A DNA stretch of 64,000 nt from a virus (taxonomy: Duplodnaviria > Caudoviricetes). Position 1 is the first letter of the stretch, and each line of letters opens with the position of its first letter. The DNA lies in the IMG/VR virus record IMGVR_UViG_3300010163_000009, positions 1 to 64,000 of that record. The stretch is one strand, 5' to 3'. The position numbers and the translations under genes are program-made. The notes beneath the pieces are model-generated. The model was not told the DNA's origin, made no database searches, and worked only from the letters and a program-made list of their open reading frames with translations. Shown here piece by piece: positions 34,858 through 43,880 of the stretch.

Positions 34858-35322
34858 TTACTTTTTGTGGGTTTGACCTACATTGTTAGGGTTTGCATAA
34901 CGTCTATGTGTTCTGTGATAAGTCCATTTATCAAAAGCAAGTGTACCTATATTTTTGAAGTCTTTCTTGAATCTTGTTTGAGATGAAGTAGATAGGGATT
35001 CAAAAAATCGGATAATCTTAATGTAATTATCAAATTCCACAATTATAGATAGATTTTTCTTTTTGATAAGTCCGAGTTTCTCAAGTCGTTTAAGGCATAG
35101 TGAAACAGTGCGATGCTCATTTATGCCAGCTAAATATGCGAGTTCCCTTAAAGAGATACGCACTTCTGCTGGAGTCTCTGAAACACTACGCTGTTTGTTA
35201 ACGATGTTATACAGCGTTTGCCATACAAATCTATCAGATACGTATTTTAAAAGACTATTGTCTGCATACAAGTGAAAACCGATGGCTTTACTGGTGATGC
35301 TTGGAGCTTCTTTGGTTGTCAT
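34858..35322 (-). CDS. wHTH protein paralogous to the initiator N-terminus
   Basis: Shared SDR.V, ISL..L, HRT/YRT, C..RLEKLGLI and ESLST. Confidence 0.75.
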   Translation of the reverse strand: MTTKEAPSITSKAIGFHLYADNSLLKYVSDRFVWQTLYNIVNKQRSVSETPAEVRISLRELAYLAGINEHRTVSLCLKRLEKLGLIKKKNLSIIVEFDNYIKIIRFFESLSTSSQTRFKKDFKNIGTLAFDKWTYHRTHRRYANPNNVGQTHKK

Positions 35323-35324
35323 AA

Positions 35325-35726
35325 TTATTTTGTTTTAATGATTTCTTTTAGGTTATTGATGATATTGATACACTCTTGCGCCTTTTCATATTCCTCAGAT
35401 GCCAAGGCACGTTCCTTGATATTATCAATGAACGGTATCATACACATAGCAATATTTTGGAGCGTGAATGATGTGTGGTTCATAAATGCTCCGGTAGCAC
35501 TGAACGATTGATTGAGAGCATTGCACATTTCATTAATAGCCCTGATAGTGTTCATCTCTTTTTCGTTGCTATGTTCTGCATGTGCTGAAATCATTTTAAG
35601 CGCATCATCTATCAATTCCAGTACTTTAGTCGTTGCATGTTGATTACGTTTGATGTCGCGGACATTCCAGAGTATCACCATGAGTATGGCAAACATGATT
35701 ATGTCAGTAATTGTTATTGAATCCAT
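35325..35726 (-). CDS. Membrane-anchored helical protein
   Basis: N-terminal TM segment; UVR-like ALASEEYEKAQ end. Confidence 0.65.
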   Translation of the reverse strand: MDSITITDIIMFAILMVILWNVRDIKRNQHATTKVLELIDDALKMISAHAEHSNEKEMNTIRAINEMCNALNQSFSATGAFMNHTSFTLQNIAMCMIPFIDNIKERALASEEYEKAQECINIINNLKEIIKTK

Positions 35727-36342
35727 ATTTGTTTATGAAGCTTGGGCAGTTTTCACCGCCAATTTGATAATCTTTTGGAACTATATTCCACGGTTCATCC
35801 GGTTCTGCGATGTCGGCCCGGTACCACAAGCAATGGTACCGGTCAAAGCAGCCTTTTGATAAACACATTTCAGCATCGAATCCGATTATTCTCCGGTATT
35901 CATCTCTCGTGATAAATTTGTATTGATCCGGGACCAGTTTAGACAATCTTGATGGTATTACCCCACGAAGTATCATGTCCATTACGGTATATACATCTTT
36001 GGTGCCTGTTTTTACCAAGAACTGTAATGTTATCGCCCTTGTTTTGCTGAGTGGTAATTGCTTTAGCGGTTGAGTCAATTTGTATAATTCTCCGCTGACA
36101 ATAATGGTGTCCGGCTCCGGGTTGTTTAGCCAATTCATCCAGTAGGCGCAGTCAAAGCATATCTGCTCGTTCCTCATTCTGGAAACCAGAGGATTTTTGA
36201 TTGAGCGGAAGGCTTCAAGGTCTTCTCTCTTGCCACAAAAAGAACAGGTAATGAATGTATGTGCCATGCCCTTGTAGATGATACACGGTATATGTGTAGG
36301 TGGAATATTGATTATGTAAGGGCACAACAACGTGTGCTTCAA
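35704..36342 (-). CDS. Cys-rich hypothetical protein (likely start MAHT)
   Basis: CSFC, CFDC, CLSKGCFDRYHC. Confidence 0.7.
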   Translation of the reverse strand: MKHTLLCPYIINIPPTHIPCIIYKGMAHTFITCSFCGKREDLEAFRSIKNPLVSRMRNEQICFDCAYWMNWLNNPEPDTIIVSGELYKLTQPLKQLPLSKTRAITLQFLVKTGTKDVYTVMDMILRGVIPSRLSKLVPDQYKFITRDEYRRIIGFDAEMCLSKGCFDRYHCLWYRADIAEPDEPWNIVPKDYQIGGENCPSFINKYGFNNNY

Positions 36343-36357
36343 TTTGGGAACCTTGAA

Positions 36358-36945
36358 TTAAAGGTTTATAGAGGCGTAGATGCCAGCAACTTCTTCTTGA
36401 GTAATTCCGATGTAGGTCTTAGTAACCGCAATGGAGCTGTGGTTTAGAATCTTGTTTAGAAGAATAAGACTTTCGGCGCTGTGGTTGTTTGTGTCATAGA
36501 CGTATCTGCCAAAGGTTTTTCTGAACGTGTGAGTGGAAAAGTTTTCAATATGCAGGTGGTACCTACATTTGAACTCTTTTAACTTCATATTGACGTTCTG
36601 GATGGTCATTGGTTTATCTCCATTTGGAGATGGCATGATGTAGTCTTTCTTGTCTGGCCGACCGAGAAGCTGCCAGAGGTCGTAGAAACTTTTCTGAACC
36701 GATGGGTTGAATGGAATTTTTCGTGTTTTCCTTGTCTTTTGCTCGGTAATAGTTACAGATGATACTCCCAGAATGTCTTGCCATCTGAAATTTAAAGTGT
36801 CAGACGCACGACAGGCTGTGCAAAATGATAAACGTGCGTACATTTCCCAACGATAATCTCCGTCTTTGTGGAGACAATCGAGTAATCTTGTGAACTCCTC
36901 ATAAGGGAGATGATCACTGGTTGTAATTTGATTTTTCTGTCCCAT
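36358..36945 (-). CDS. Tyrosine recombinase (catalytic domain only)
   Basis: TACRASD (R), EQKT (K), HTFRKTF (HxxR), LNHSS, TKTYI (Y). Confidence 0.9.
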   Translation of the reverse strand: MGQKNQITTSDHLPYEEFTRLLDCLHKDGDYRWEMYARLSFCTACRASDTLNFRWQDILGVSSVTITEQKTRKTRKIPFNPSVQKSFYDLWQLLGRPDKKDYIMPSPNGDKPMTIQNVNMKLKEFKCRYHLHIENFSTHTFRKTFGRYVYDTNNHSAESLILLNKILNHSSIAVTKTYIGITQEEVAGIYASINL

Positions 36946-36974
36946 AATATAATTATACTTTCATTTTTATATTG

Positions 36975-36982
36975 CAAAGGTA
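36975..36982 (-). promoter_or_regulatory. Bacteroidetes -7 promoter element
   Basis: TACCTTTG on minus, upstream of the recombinase. Confidence 0.6.
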
Positions 36983-37017
36983 TATAATGAAATTCAAAGA
37001 ACAAAAAGATTTAATTA

Positions 37018-37047
37018 AAAATAGTCTTTTTGCAATAAAATATTTTA
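37018..37047. repeat. 30-bp direct repeat, copy 1
   Basis: AAAATAGTCTTTTTGcaATAAAATATTTTA; 28/30 identical to 40976-41005. Confidence 0.75.
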
Positions 37048-37113
37048 GGATAAACAAAAAGACACTGGTTAAATTGTATCATAATAACCAGTGTCTCAAC
37101 GGATAATGTGTAC

Positions 37114-39057
37114 TTATAATTCTTTGAATGAATCAATGGAAAAGATTGGTATTCCGAGTGCTCTTGCTTTGACGGCTTTGCTTGAGGATGAATTAGGGTC
37201 TGCCACAATTAGATGCGTCGTACTCTTGGAAACACCGCTTACAACTTCTCCTCCTTGTGCCGCAATTTCAGATTCCAGTTCTTTGTCACGTACACCTGTA
37301 AAGCAAACTTTCATTCCGGCATATTTGGTTCCTGTCGGCTTTATCGCTTCTTCCATAGGTAGAATCTTTAGCCTATTCTTTGCAACAAATTCATAGAACG
37401 GTGTGATGCCTTTCAAGAAGGACTGTGACGTTTTGTTTAATGCAAGGAATTGTGGTGTCTGATCAAAACCTTCTTCGGTAAACACATATCCATGAGTAAA
37501 AGCAAATCTATCGTTTTCGGACAAGTTTGAAACAATACTTTTTGCTTTGACTTGGCCTATACCCAGGAAACAATCACTGGCGTGCATAAGTTTGATAATA
37601 TCAATGCCGTCTCTGATTTTCTTGTTTGCCGCCAGTATTGTGTTTGCAATAGATTCTCCAAATCCTTCAATTAGCATGAGTTCGTCGAAGGTAATGTCAA
37701 GTATTCGCTGGAGAGTATCATATCCGGATTTAAACATTTTGGAGATAGTCTCTTCGCCCATTTGTTCTGCTTCCAATGTTGTATAGAAGTGGATTATTTT
37801 TGCAAGGCGTATGCCGGAGCAGTCAGGATTGGTACAAATCAACTCAACTTTTGTATCATTCCATTTTGTTGGCTGTCCGCAATTTGGGCAGTACAGAAGA
37901 TTGTCCCGTTGTTCCATCATAGTTTCAGCAGTAGCTTCTTCCATCACACTAAGGATTTTGGGGATTACCCCTCCAGAACGGGTGACTGCGATACGTGCTC
38001 CTGGTCCTATGCTATTCTCAAAGATATACTTGGCATTGTAGCCTGTAGGGTTCTCCATTGTGCAGTCACCTGTATCAACTGCATCAATATTAACAACAGG
38101 TTTCAATGCACCGGCTTTGCTGACTTTCCAGTCTATACCTTTAACCGTGCTCTCAAATACATCAGTGAAGTCTGGGTGTTTATATGCGATTGCATAGAGA
38201 GGATTTCCGGTGGTTTGTTGCCGTCCGATGGTTTCCCAGAGCAAAATGTCGTTTAAGTAAATGACGAGTCCATCAATGTAATAGTCTTTTCGCCATGCTT
38301 TGAATAGATTGGCTAACTTGGTTTCATCAAGCTCTGCTACTGTTACGATTGTACCGTAAATGCGTTGATGATATTTTTCGCAAAGAGTTTGAAGCAATTG
38401 AGCATAGCTTTGAAAATTGTCCAGATCCATAGCACTTACGCCATATCGATAGAATGTTGTGTGCTTTAGGATTTCTGACGGTTCATCACGATTGATAAGA
38501 CCGGCAACCGTATTGCGAGGAGATTTGAATTTTTCTCCTGTTGCATCTGAAATTCTTCCGGCCAATTCCTGTTCCCATGTTTTACAATCAAACACTAACT
38601 CTCCAAATGTATAATGTAGGTGACTGGTGCCATCTTCTTTATAAGAAGCCAGCAGATCGTAATGCTGGGAACAATCTTGTCCTTCATTGTCTGCACCGCC
38701 ACGTGAATATGTCTTTTTTGCGAACTCATCTCGCAGCCAAGATACGCCATCGAATTTAGGAGTGATTACAAGTTTAGCTGTTTCCGGGATTGACAATGAA
38801 TTTAGCCATTGCTTAATCTCTGTAACAGATTTTACCTTATTGAGAGATTTCATAGGTATGGGAAGTTTAACTTTTCTTCCTTTACTTACTACAGATGGTT
38901 CGACTTGTTGAAACCATTCATTATTTGGGTCAAGCGTTTTAAGTTCATTGACCTTTTTGTCGTACTCGGCATCTGATATTGTTGGATGTCCGGCACGGTA
39001 TGCTTCGTTGTTTTCTTTTATTTCAGCGAGTAGCTGAACGATTCTTGAACTATTCAT
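37114..39057 (-). CDS. ligA: NAD-dependent DNA ligase
   Basis: ISDAEYD, PKFDG (adenylated Lys), SPRNTVAG, IDGLVI, AIAYK, RSGGVIP, Zn finger CPNC..C....C, BRCT domain. Confidence 0.95.
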   Translation of the reverse strand: MNSSRIVQLLAEIKENNEAYRAGHPTISDAEYDKKVNELKTLDPNNEWFQQVEPSVVSKGRKVKLPIPMKSLNKVKSVTEIKQWLNSLSIPETAKLVITPKFDGVSWLRDEFAKKTYSRGGADNEGQDCSQHYDLLASYKEDGTSHLHYTFGELVFDCKTWEQELAGRISDATGEKFKSPRNTVAGLINRDEPSEILKHTTFYRYGVSAMDLDNFQSYAQLLQTLCEKYHQRIYGTIVTVAELDETKLANLFKAWRKDYYIDGLVIYLNDILLWETIGRQQTTGNPLYAIAYKHPDFTDVFESTVKGIDWKVSKAGALKPVVNIDAVDTGDCTMENPTGYNAKYIFENSIGPGARIAVTRSGGVIPKILSVMEEATAETMMEQRDNLLYCPNCGQPTKWNDTKVELICTNPDCSGIRLAKIIHFYTTLEAEQMGEETISKMFKSGYDTLQRILDITFDELMLIEGFGESIANTILAANKKIRDGIDIIKLMHASDCFLGIGQVKAKSIVSNLSENDRFAFTHGYVFTEEGFDQTPQFLALNKTSQSFLKGITPFYEFVAKNRLKILPMEEAIKPTGTKYAGMKVCFTGVRDKELESEIAAQGGEVVSGVSKSTTHLIVADPNSSSSKAVKARALGIPIFSIDSFKEL

Positions 39058-39113
39058 AAAGATAAAAATATGGGCGTACCAAGTAGCGATGCGCCCTATT
39101 AATGGTGAATAAA

Positions 39114-39584
39114 TTAGTGGGTTCCGGTAGAGTTATAGCTTCCTTCACCGCGCTCGGTATTTCCTAATTCATTTACGGTAACTAAGTCACCGCTCCAGTG
39201 CTGTTCAATTACCATTTGGGCGATACGTGTGCCAGCTGTTACAAGAAATGGTTTTGTTTCATGGCTGTTTACGATAACCCCTACATTTCCACGATAATCG
39301 GAGTCAATTGTACCAATGAGAACATCGCAGTCAAATCTTGTAGGAGTTTCTTCGTGTCCATTATTTGTAATGACATAGCCTTCAAATCCCTTTGCAGAGA
39401 ACCCAGAACGCGGACGAATCTGTGCTTCATATCCGATTTCAAGTTCTATTGCAATATCGATTGGAATTACGCTTCGACCAGGCTTTATAATGGTATCTTT
39501 GGGGACATAGAGGTCATAACCTGCTGCTTGTTCACTGCCCTTAGTCGGCACTTTTGCATTTGGTGATAAAAGTTTGATTTTCAT
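39114..39584 (-). CDS. dut: dUTPase
   Basis: AAGYDL, IRPRSG, GTIDSDYRG, RIAQMV, RGEGSYNSTG. Confidence 0.95.
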   Translation of the reverse strand: MKIKLLSPNAKVPTKGSEQAAGYDLYVPKDTIIKPGRSVIPIDIAIELEIGYEAQIRPRSGFSAKGFEGYVITNNGHEETPTRFDCDVLIGTIDSDYRGNVGVIVNSHETKPFLVTAGTRIAQMVIEQHWSGDLVTVNELGNTERGEGSYNSTGTH

Positions 39585-39928
39585 TTTTTATTGCTTTTAG
39601 AACGTTGTTTATATTTCATCCCCTTGCGAGACATACTGGCAGTAGGGTAATATGCACGTGTCACGCCGCACATAGAATCATATTCTTCCAGTTTTAGAGT
39701 TCCATAGTCGCTATCCTCAATTTCAATGTCCTTAGCCAGAAATCGGAAATAAAGACCGCAACTGGATATACAAGGTCCAACACACGCCTGATGTATGGAT
39801 GAGTTTGAGGTCTTGAAAGCGGTGGCCGCTGCTGTTAGCGAATGGAAATAACCAATGAATCGTTTAAGGGGATTGAAGACCAAAACAGGATTACTGGTTT
39901 TGTTATTCAGACTTTTCTTCATAGTCAC
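39581..39928 (-). CDS. Small NUMOD1-like DNA-binding protein
   Basis: PVLVF...FIGYFHSLTAAA......SSIHQAC pattern. Confidence 0.5.
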   Translation of the reverse strand: MTMKKSLNNKTSNPVLVFNPLKRFIGYFHSLTAAATAFKTSNSSIHQACVGPCISSCGLYFRFLAKDIEIEDSDYGTLKLEEYDSMCGVTRAYYPTASMSRKGMKYKQRSKSNKK

Positions 39929-40358
39929 TTATCGCTGAAAGGACTCTGTTTGACAAACGAGTTCGTGCCGCTGATACAAGATATGTATCTGAGACTGCTA
40001 CTCCGTGTGCGAATAGTTCAAAGGTCCTATCGCACATGTATGCCAAAAAGTCGGGTTCGACAAATGCTATGAAAAGGAACAGGAATGTTCCATCAATTAG
40101 GTAATGCCCTTCTTCGTTGATGAGACACACTTGGTCGTCTTGAATTTCGTATGTATCGCAAAGTGATTTTATTTGGTAGCGATACTGATTGAAGAATGGC
40201 TGTATGGGCTTAGGCTCTGTCATCTTCGACAGATAGAGTGTTGCGTCAAAGTACGAGTGCCCGGATTCGCTTTGACCAAAGAGCAGATTTGGAAATTCAG
40301 GAAAGGACTGCTCTTTACACTGGAGTTTTATTTCGCCCTTCCCGGCCTGTCCCAACAT
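39903..40358 (-). CDS. Hypothetical protein (KilA-N-like)
   Basis: YFDAT near the N-terminus; FIAFVEPDFLAYM ending. Confidence 0.45.
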   Translation of the reverse strand: MLGQAGKGEIKLQCKEQSFPEFPNLLFGQSESGHSYFDATLYLSKMTEPKPIQPFFNQYRYQIKSLCDTYEIQDDQVCLINEEGHYLIDGTFLFLFIAFVEPDFLAYMCDRTFELFAHGVAVSDTYLVSAARTRLSNRVLSAISDYEEKSE

Positions 40359-40903
40359 CAGTTAAGGTTAAAAGCTGCAACCTTATTCTTATGTACATCA
40401 AGTGGCCAATATATTGCTTCGGTCTTGTCAAATTTGGTATCTCGGATTACGAAATCCGACATTGTTTTTTTGAGGTGCTGGTAAATCCTGTTGGTTGCAT
40501 CAGCGTTAGAAGATGCAGGAACATAGTAGTCCTCAGTGCTTTTCTTTTCTTTGGCTGTTTTTTCGTCAATAGTAATAAACATTACTTTGACATTATAAAG
40601 TCCAACACCAGTTGATTCGTCTTCCTCAAAGAAGTTGCAGCAGAAATTTTTTACAGTTTCTTCTTGTTGTAGAATTTCGTTGAACAATACATCAGAGATT
40701 TTTGTCTTGACGATCTCGTAGCTTACGCTTCCGAATTGTGTACGGTTGAGAGAAGATATGATTTCATTTACAAGCATTTCAGCTTCAGTGTAGCTGGTTG
40801 CAAGTATCAGTTCCTCAATCTTCTTTTTTGCCAAAGCACCAGTCGGAAGCTCGACTGTACATTCCGTTTTCACTCGGAAATAACTGAGTTCTTTTTCTTC
40901 CAT
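40358..40903 (-). CDS. DUF4494-like Bacteroidetes protein
   Basis: ATSYTEAE, YNVKVMFITIDEKTAKEKKS...VPAS. Confidence 0.7.
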   Translation of the reverse strand: MEEKELSYFRVKTECTVELPTGALAKKKIEELILATSYTEAEMLVNEIISSLNRTQFGSVSYEIVKTKISDVLFNEILQQEETVKNFCCNFFEEDESTGVGLYNVKVMFITIDEKTAKEKKSTEDYYVPASSNADATNRIYQHLKKTMSDFVIRDTKFDKTEAIYWPLDVHKNKVAAFNLN

Positions 40904-40940
40904 AATAATTTGATTTGAAGTGAAACTTAATTTATCGTTG

Positions 40941-40948
40941 CAAAAGTA
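40941..40948 (-). promoter_or_regulatory. Bacteroidetes -7 promoter element
   Basis: TACTTTTG on minus, upstream of 40903. Confidence 0.6.
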
Positions 40949-40975
40949 GATAAAATTTTCAATATAACAAATATT

Positions 40976-41005
40976 AAAATAGTCTTTTTGATATAAAATA
41001 TTTTA
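40976..41005. repeat. 30-bp direct repeat, copy 2
   Basis: AAAATAGTCTTTTTGatATAAAATATTTTA. Confidence 0.75.
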
Positions 41006-41119
41006 TATATTATTGATATATAAGTATTTATAAAAACAGTAAATATCTAAAATAGTTTAGTTGATTATTTAAATTGGATAATTGTGTACATGCTCTTAAA
41101 ACAAAATAGGCTGGAAAAT

Positions 41120-41128
41120 TCTATTCTT
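41120..41128 (+). promoter_or_regulatory. Putative late promoter element
   Basis: TCTATTCTT, also present before the genes at 44659, 49467 and 50137. Confidence 0.6.
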
Positions 41129-41150
41129 CAGAAAGTAAACATAGTTACAA

Positions 41151-42479
41151 ATGGCTAAAGCAGAATTATCAGATAAATCACTTGTTACTCAGCAACTGGA
41201 AAGCGTATTTATGACCAGTAAGAAGAGTGTGCAAGAATATGTTAGGGAAATTGAGCGTAGGTGTCGGTTTCAATCTTCCTATCGACACTTACAAAATGGT
41301 ACGGTGCTGGATGACCGTAGCCGTTTAATAGATATATATGAAGCTTGTGTTCAGCAAGATGCACATTTACGAGGTGTTATGGAAACACTCTTTTCTCAGA
41401 TTGTAGGTGAAAGGTTTATGATGGCTAAGCAGAATGAGAAAGGGAAATACTCTAAAGACATATCTGCAACTCGAAAAATTCAGAATACGGAGTTCTTGAA
41501 AATCATACATGGTATCGCAGAATCAAAATTATATGGCTATACCGGGCTTGAATTTTTTGTTGACCCCAGTGCAGAGCGTGGTGGACTTAAAGTGAATTTC
41601 GTCGAGCGTCGAAATATTTTGGCAGATCAACGCAGGATTGTACAGCGTCAAGGTATTTGGATGCCTCAATGGAGTTTTGATGATCCAAAATATTCAGATC
41701 ATTATGTATTAATCAATAGTGGTGAGCTTGGACTGTTTTCGGCTGTTGCTCCTTTGATTTTGGCGAAAAAGTTCACATTTGCCAACTATGTAAACTTTTC
41801 GCATACTTACGGTCAACCTATTATTCATGGGAAAACTGAATCTGAAAATACCGTTGACCGCAAGCGTATGGCAAATGATATTGCAAGCGCAGCTCAGAAT
41901 AAGGTTATTGTTACCGGATTAAATGATGAAGTGGATATAAAGACGTTCACTATGTCTAATTCTGAGCATGTGTTTACAGGCTTAATCTCCATCGTTGACA
42001 AGGATGTTTCTAATCTTATTCTTGGCTCTGAGTCAATGGCCGGAGCAACACAGTCGTATGTTGGAGCAACAAGAGCGCATGAGAATATTTTTCGCGACCG
42101 TATAGAAGTTTATCGTGATTACATTGAACTTGTAATGAACGAGACTATCATACCTCGTTTAGTCCGGCTTGGCTATCTTCCGGATGGGTTGGAGTTCAAA
42201 TATTCAAAGCGTATTGAGATGTCTGACGAAGACCGCATACGTTTATTCCAGAATCTTACTACGTCATGGGAAATGGATCCGGAGACCATTGAGCAAGAAT
42301 TTGGTGTTAAGGTAAAACGACAACTTAACGTAATGGACGGTATGACAAGTGGTCCAGCTGGAGGTGGTGGCAGTGGTTATAGTCGTACTGCTACTCGTCA
42401 TCTTACTGATGAAGAATATTTCCGTCGATATGGTCATGCTCGTGAAACCAAAAATTTTCTTCGGGAGAGAGGGAAATAG
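41151..42479 (+). CDS. Portal protein (DUF935/Mu gp29-like)
   Basis: First gene of the head module; DAHLRGV, YGYTGLEF, YGQPIIHGK, ILGSE, ETIIPRLVRLG pattern. Confidence 0.8.
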   Translation: MAKAELSDKSLVTQQLESVFMTSKKSVQEYVREIERRCRFQSSYRHLQNGTVLDDRSRLIDIYEACVQQDAHLRGVMETLFSQIVGERFMMAKQNEKGKYSKDISATRKIQNTEFLKIIHGIAESKLYGYTGLEFFVDPSAERGGLKVNFVERRNILADQRRIVQRQGIWMPQWSFDDPKYSDHYVLINSGELGLFSAVAPLILAKKFTFANYVNFSHTYGQPIIHGKTESENTVDRKRMANDIASAAQNKVIVTGLNDEVDIKTFTMSNSEHVFTGLISIVDKDVSNLILGSESMAGATQSYVGATRAHENIFRDRIEVYRDYIELVMNETIIPRLVRLGYLPDGLEFKYSKRIEMSDEDRIRLFQNLTTSWEMDPETIEQEFGVKVKRQLNVMDGMTSGPAGGGGSGYSRTATRHLTDEEYFRRYGHARETKNFLRERGK

Positions 42480-42496
42480 GTCCGCCCCCTCTCTCC
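42452..42496 (+). other. Putative -1 frameshift signal (portal to MuF-like protein)
   Basis: In-frame A_AAT_TTT heptamer, 5-nt spacer, perfect 10-bp stem GGAGAGAGGG/CCCTCTCTCC. Confidence 0.7.
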
Positions 42497-42508
42497 AAAA
42501 TAGTTGCG

Positions 42509-43363
42509 TTGCGACAGCCTGATGACAGTAAGGACCGGCATGAAGAAGAGGTTGCTATTCTCCTTCCTTTATTCCATGATTTTGTGATTAGTGTGGTAAT
42601 CCATGAAGATGAATGGGAATCGCTGGAAGCGCTTATGGAAGCTCGTGCTGATATTGCTATTCGGAGAGCGTGTGCCGGATTCGGCATTGACTTTGAGGAG
42701 GCACTGCGGCTGATTCGTAATGCTGACGGACTTGATAGCGAGCAAATAGCTCAACGCAATATTGTTTTGTCCGCAGTTGATAATATGGTTGACTTTGCTG
42801 TAGCTGAAGAATATCAAATGGCTGATGATATGGCAGAGTTAGAAGAATTGTTAACTGAAGAGGAGGAGATGGAAGATGAAGATTGGTTTGAATTTTACTT
42901 GCCGGTCTTTTCCAAATTTCACGATCAATATATGCGGACCGAGAATATGGACATCGAGTATTCTATGATCATCGCAGCTTATCTGTCAACGATAAGAGAA
43001 GATACAGTATTGATGTATATGACTCAAGGCGATGAACGGGTACGCCCGTGGCATCTTCAATATGAAGGTTTTACTGCTCCAAAATCAAGATTTCCAGCAT
43101 GGCTTATTCCTCCTATTGAGCATCAATGTCGATGTTATCTTATAGAAGATACAGAAACGGTTTTTGCTTCTATTAAAGCATCGACAATCCCGGAAATGCC
43201 AGATTGGTTTAATCGTACATTCAAAGAAAGCGTGGCTTTGGGTGGCCGCATTTTTTCTGATGAACATCCATATTTTCAAGTTGATGAGCGGCATGTTGGC
43301 CGTCTCAATGCCATAGCAAAGCGTATTAAAGCAAAGTATTTGGAAGATGGCGAAGAACAATAG
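42509..43363 (+). CDS. Head morphogenesis protein (Mu gpF/SPP1 gp7-like)
   Basis: YMTQGDERVRPWH...PPIEHQCRC; only a weak TTG start. Confidence 0.8.
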   Translation: MRQPDDSKDRHEEEVAILLPLFHDFVISVVIHEDEWESLEALMEARADIAIRRACAGFGIDFEEALRLIRNADGLDSEQIAQRNIVLSAVDNMVDFAVAEEYQMADDMAELEELLTEEEEMEDEDWFEFYLPVFSKFHDQYMRTENMDIEYSMIIAAYLSTIREDTVLMYMTQGDERVRPWHLQYEGFTAPKSRFPAWLIPPIEHQCRCYLIEDTETVFASIKASTIPEMPDWFNRTFKESVALGGRIFSDEHPYFQVDERHVGRLNAIAKRIKAKYLEDGEEQ

Positions 43364-43880
43364 AGGTATTCCGTTGACACCGCAACAATTTCGTGCTCAA
43401 TGGGAGCTATTACCTCACACTTTTGATTTGAATGTCTGGGATTTCCAAGTCTCGGTAGGTCAGTCTGCCGTAGATATTTTTCAAAAATCTTTTGATATGA
43501 AACGCTTCAATTCAAGAGGCAGTATGGTCTGGAAACATAACCCTAAACGGAATAAAGGCGGCTTTACCGTTGGTGGGCTTGTGGAATCTCGGTCATTGAG
43601 AAACTCTATTGTCTATGAAGCTGAATCTTATAACCGTTCCAGAGGAAAAGTAAAGGTGTTCACTGACCCAAAAGCATTTAGTGGAACTTACAATCATAAA
43701 GGATTTTGCTTTGCCGCAGTACACAACTCGGATGACTCTTCTGTGAGAACCGGACGGGTGGCCAATATGCCCCAGCGTCAGTTTATGCCTACTGAGAAAC
43801 GAGACTCTTCGGTTATGAACGATAAGTTACGAGAATTGGAAAGAATATTTTTTAGAACATTCCCAGGTGTAAGACGATGA
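43347..43880 (+). CDS. Virion morphogenesis/neck protein (Mu gpG-like)
   Basis: SLRNSI, AAVHN, MPQRQFM. Confidence 0.65.
   Translation: MAKNNRGIPLTPQQFRAQWELLPHTFDLNVWDFQVSVGQSAVDIFQKSFDMKRFNSRGSMVWKHNPKRNKGGFTVGGLVESRSLRNSIVYEAESYNRSRGKVKVFTDPKAFSGTYNHKGFCFAAVHNSDDSSVRTGRVANMPQRQFMPTEKRDSSVMNDKLRELERIFFRTFPGVRR

Noticed and set aside
36358-36945. Prophage integration boundary at the recombinase
   Set aside because: Phage genes continue on both sides; no host DNA or tRNA attachment site is visible.
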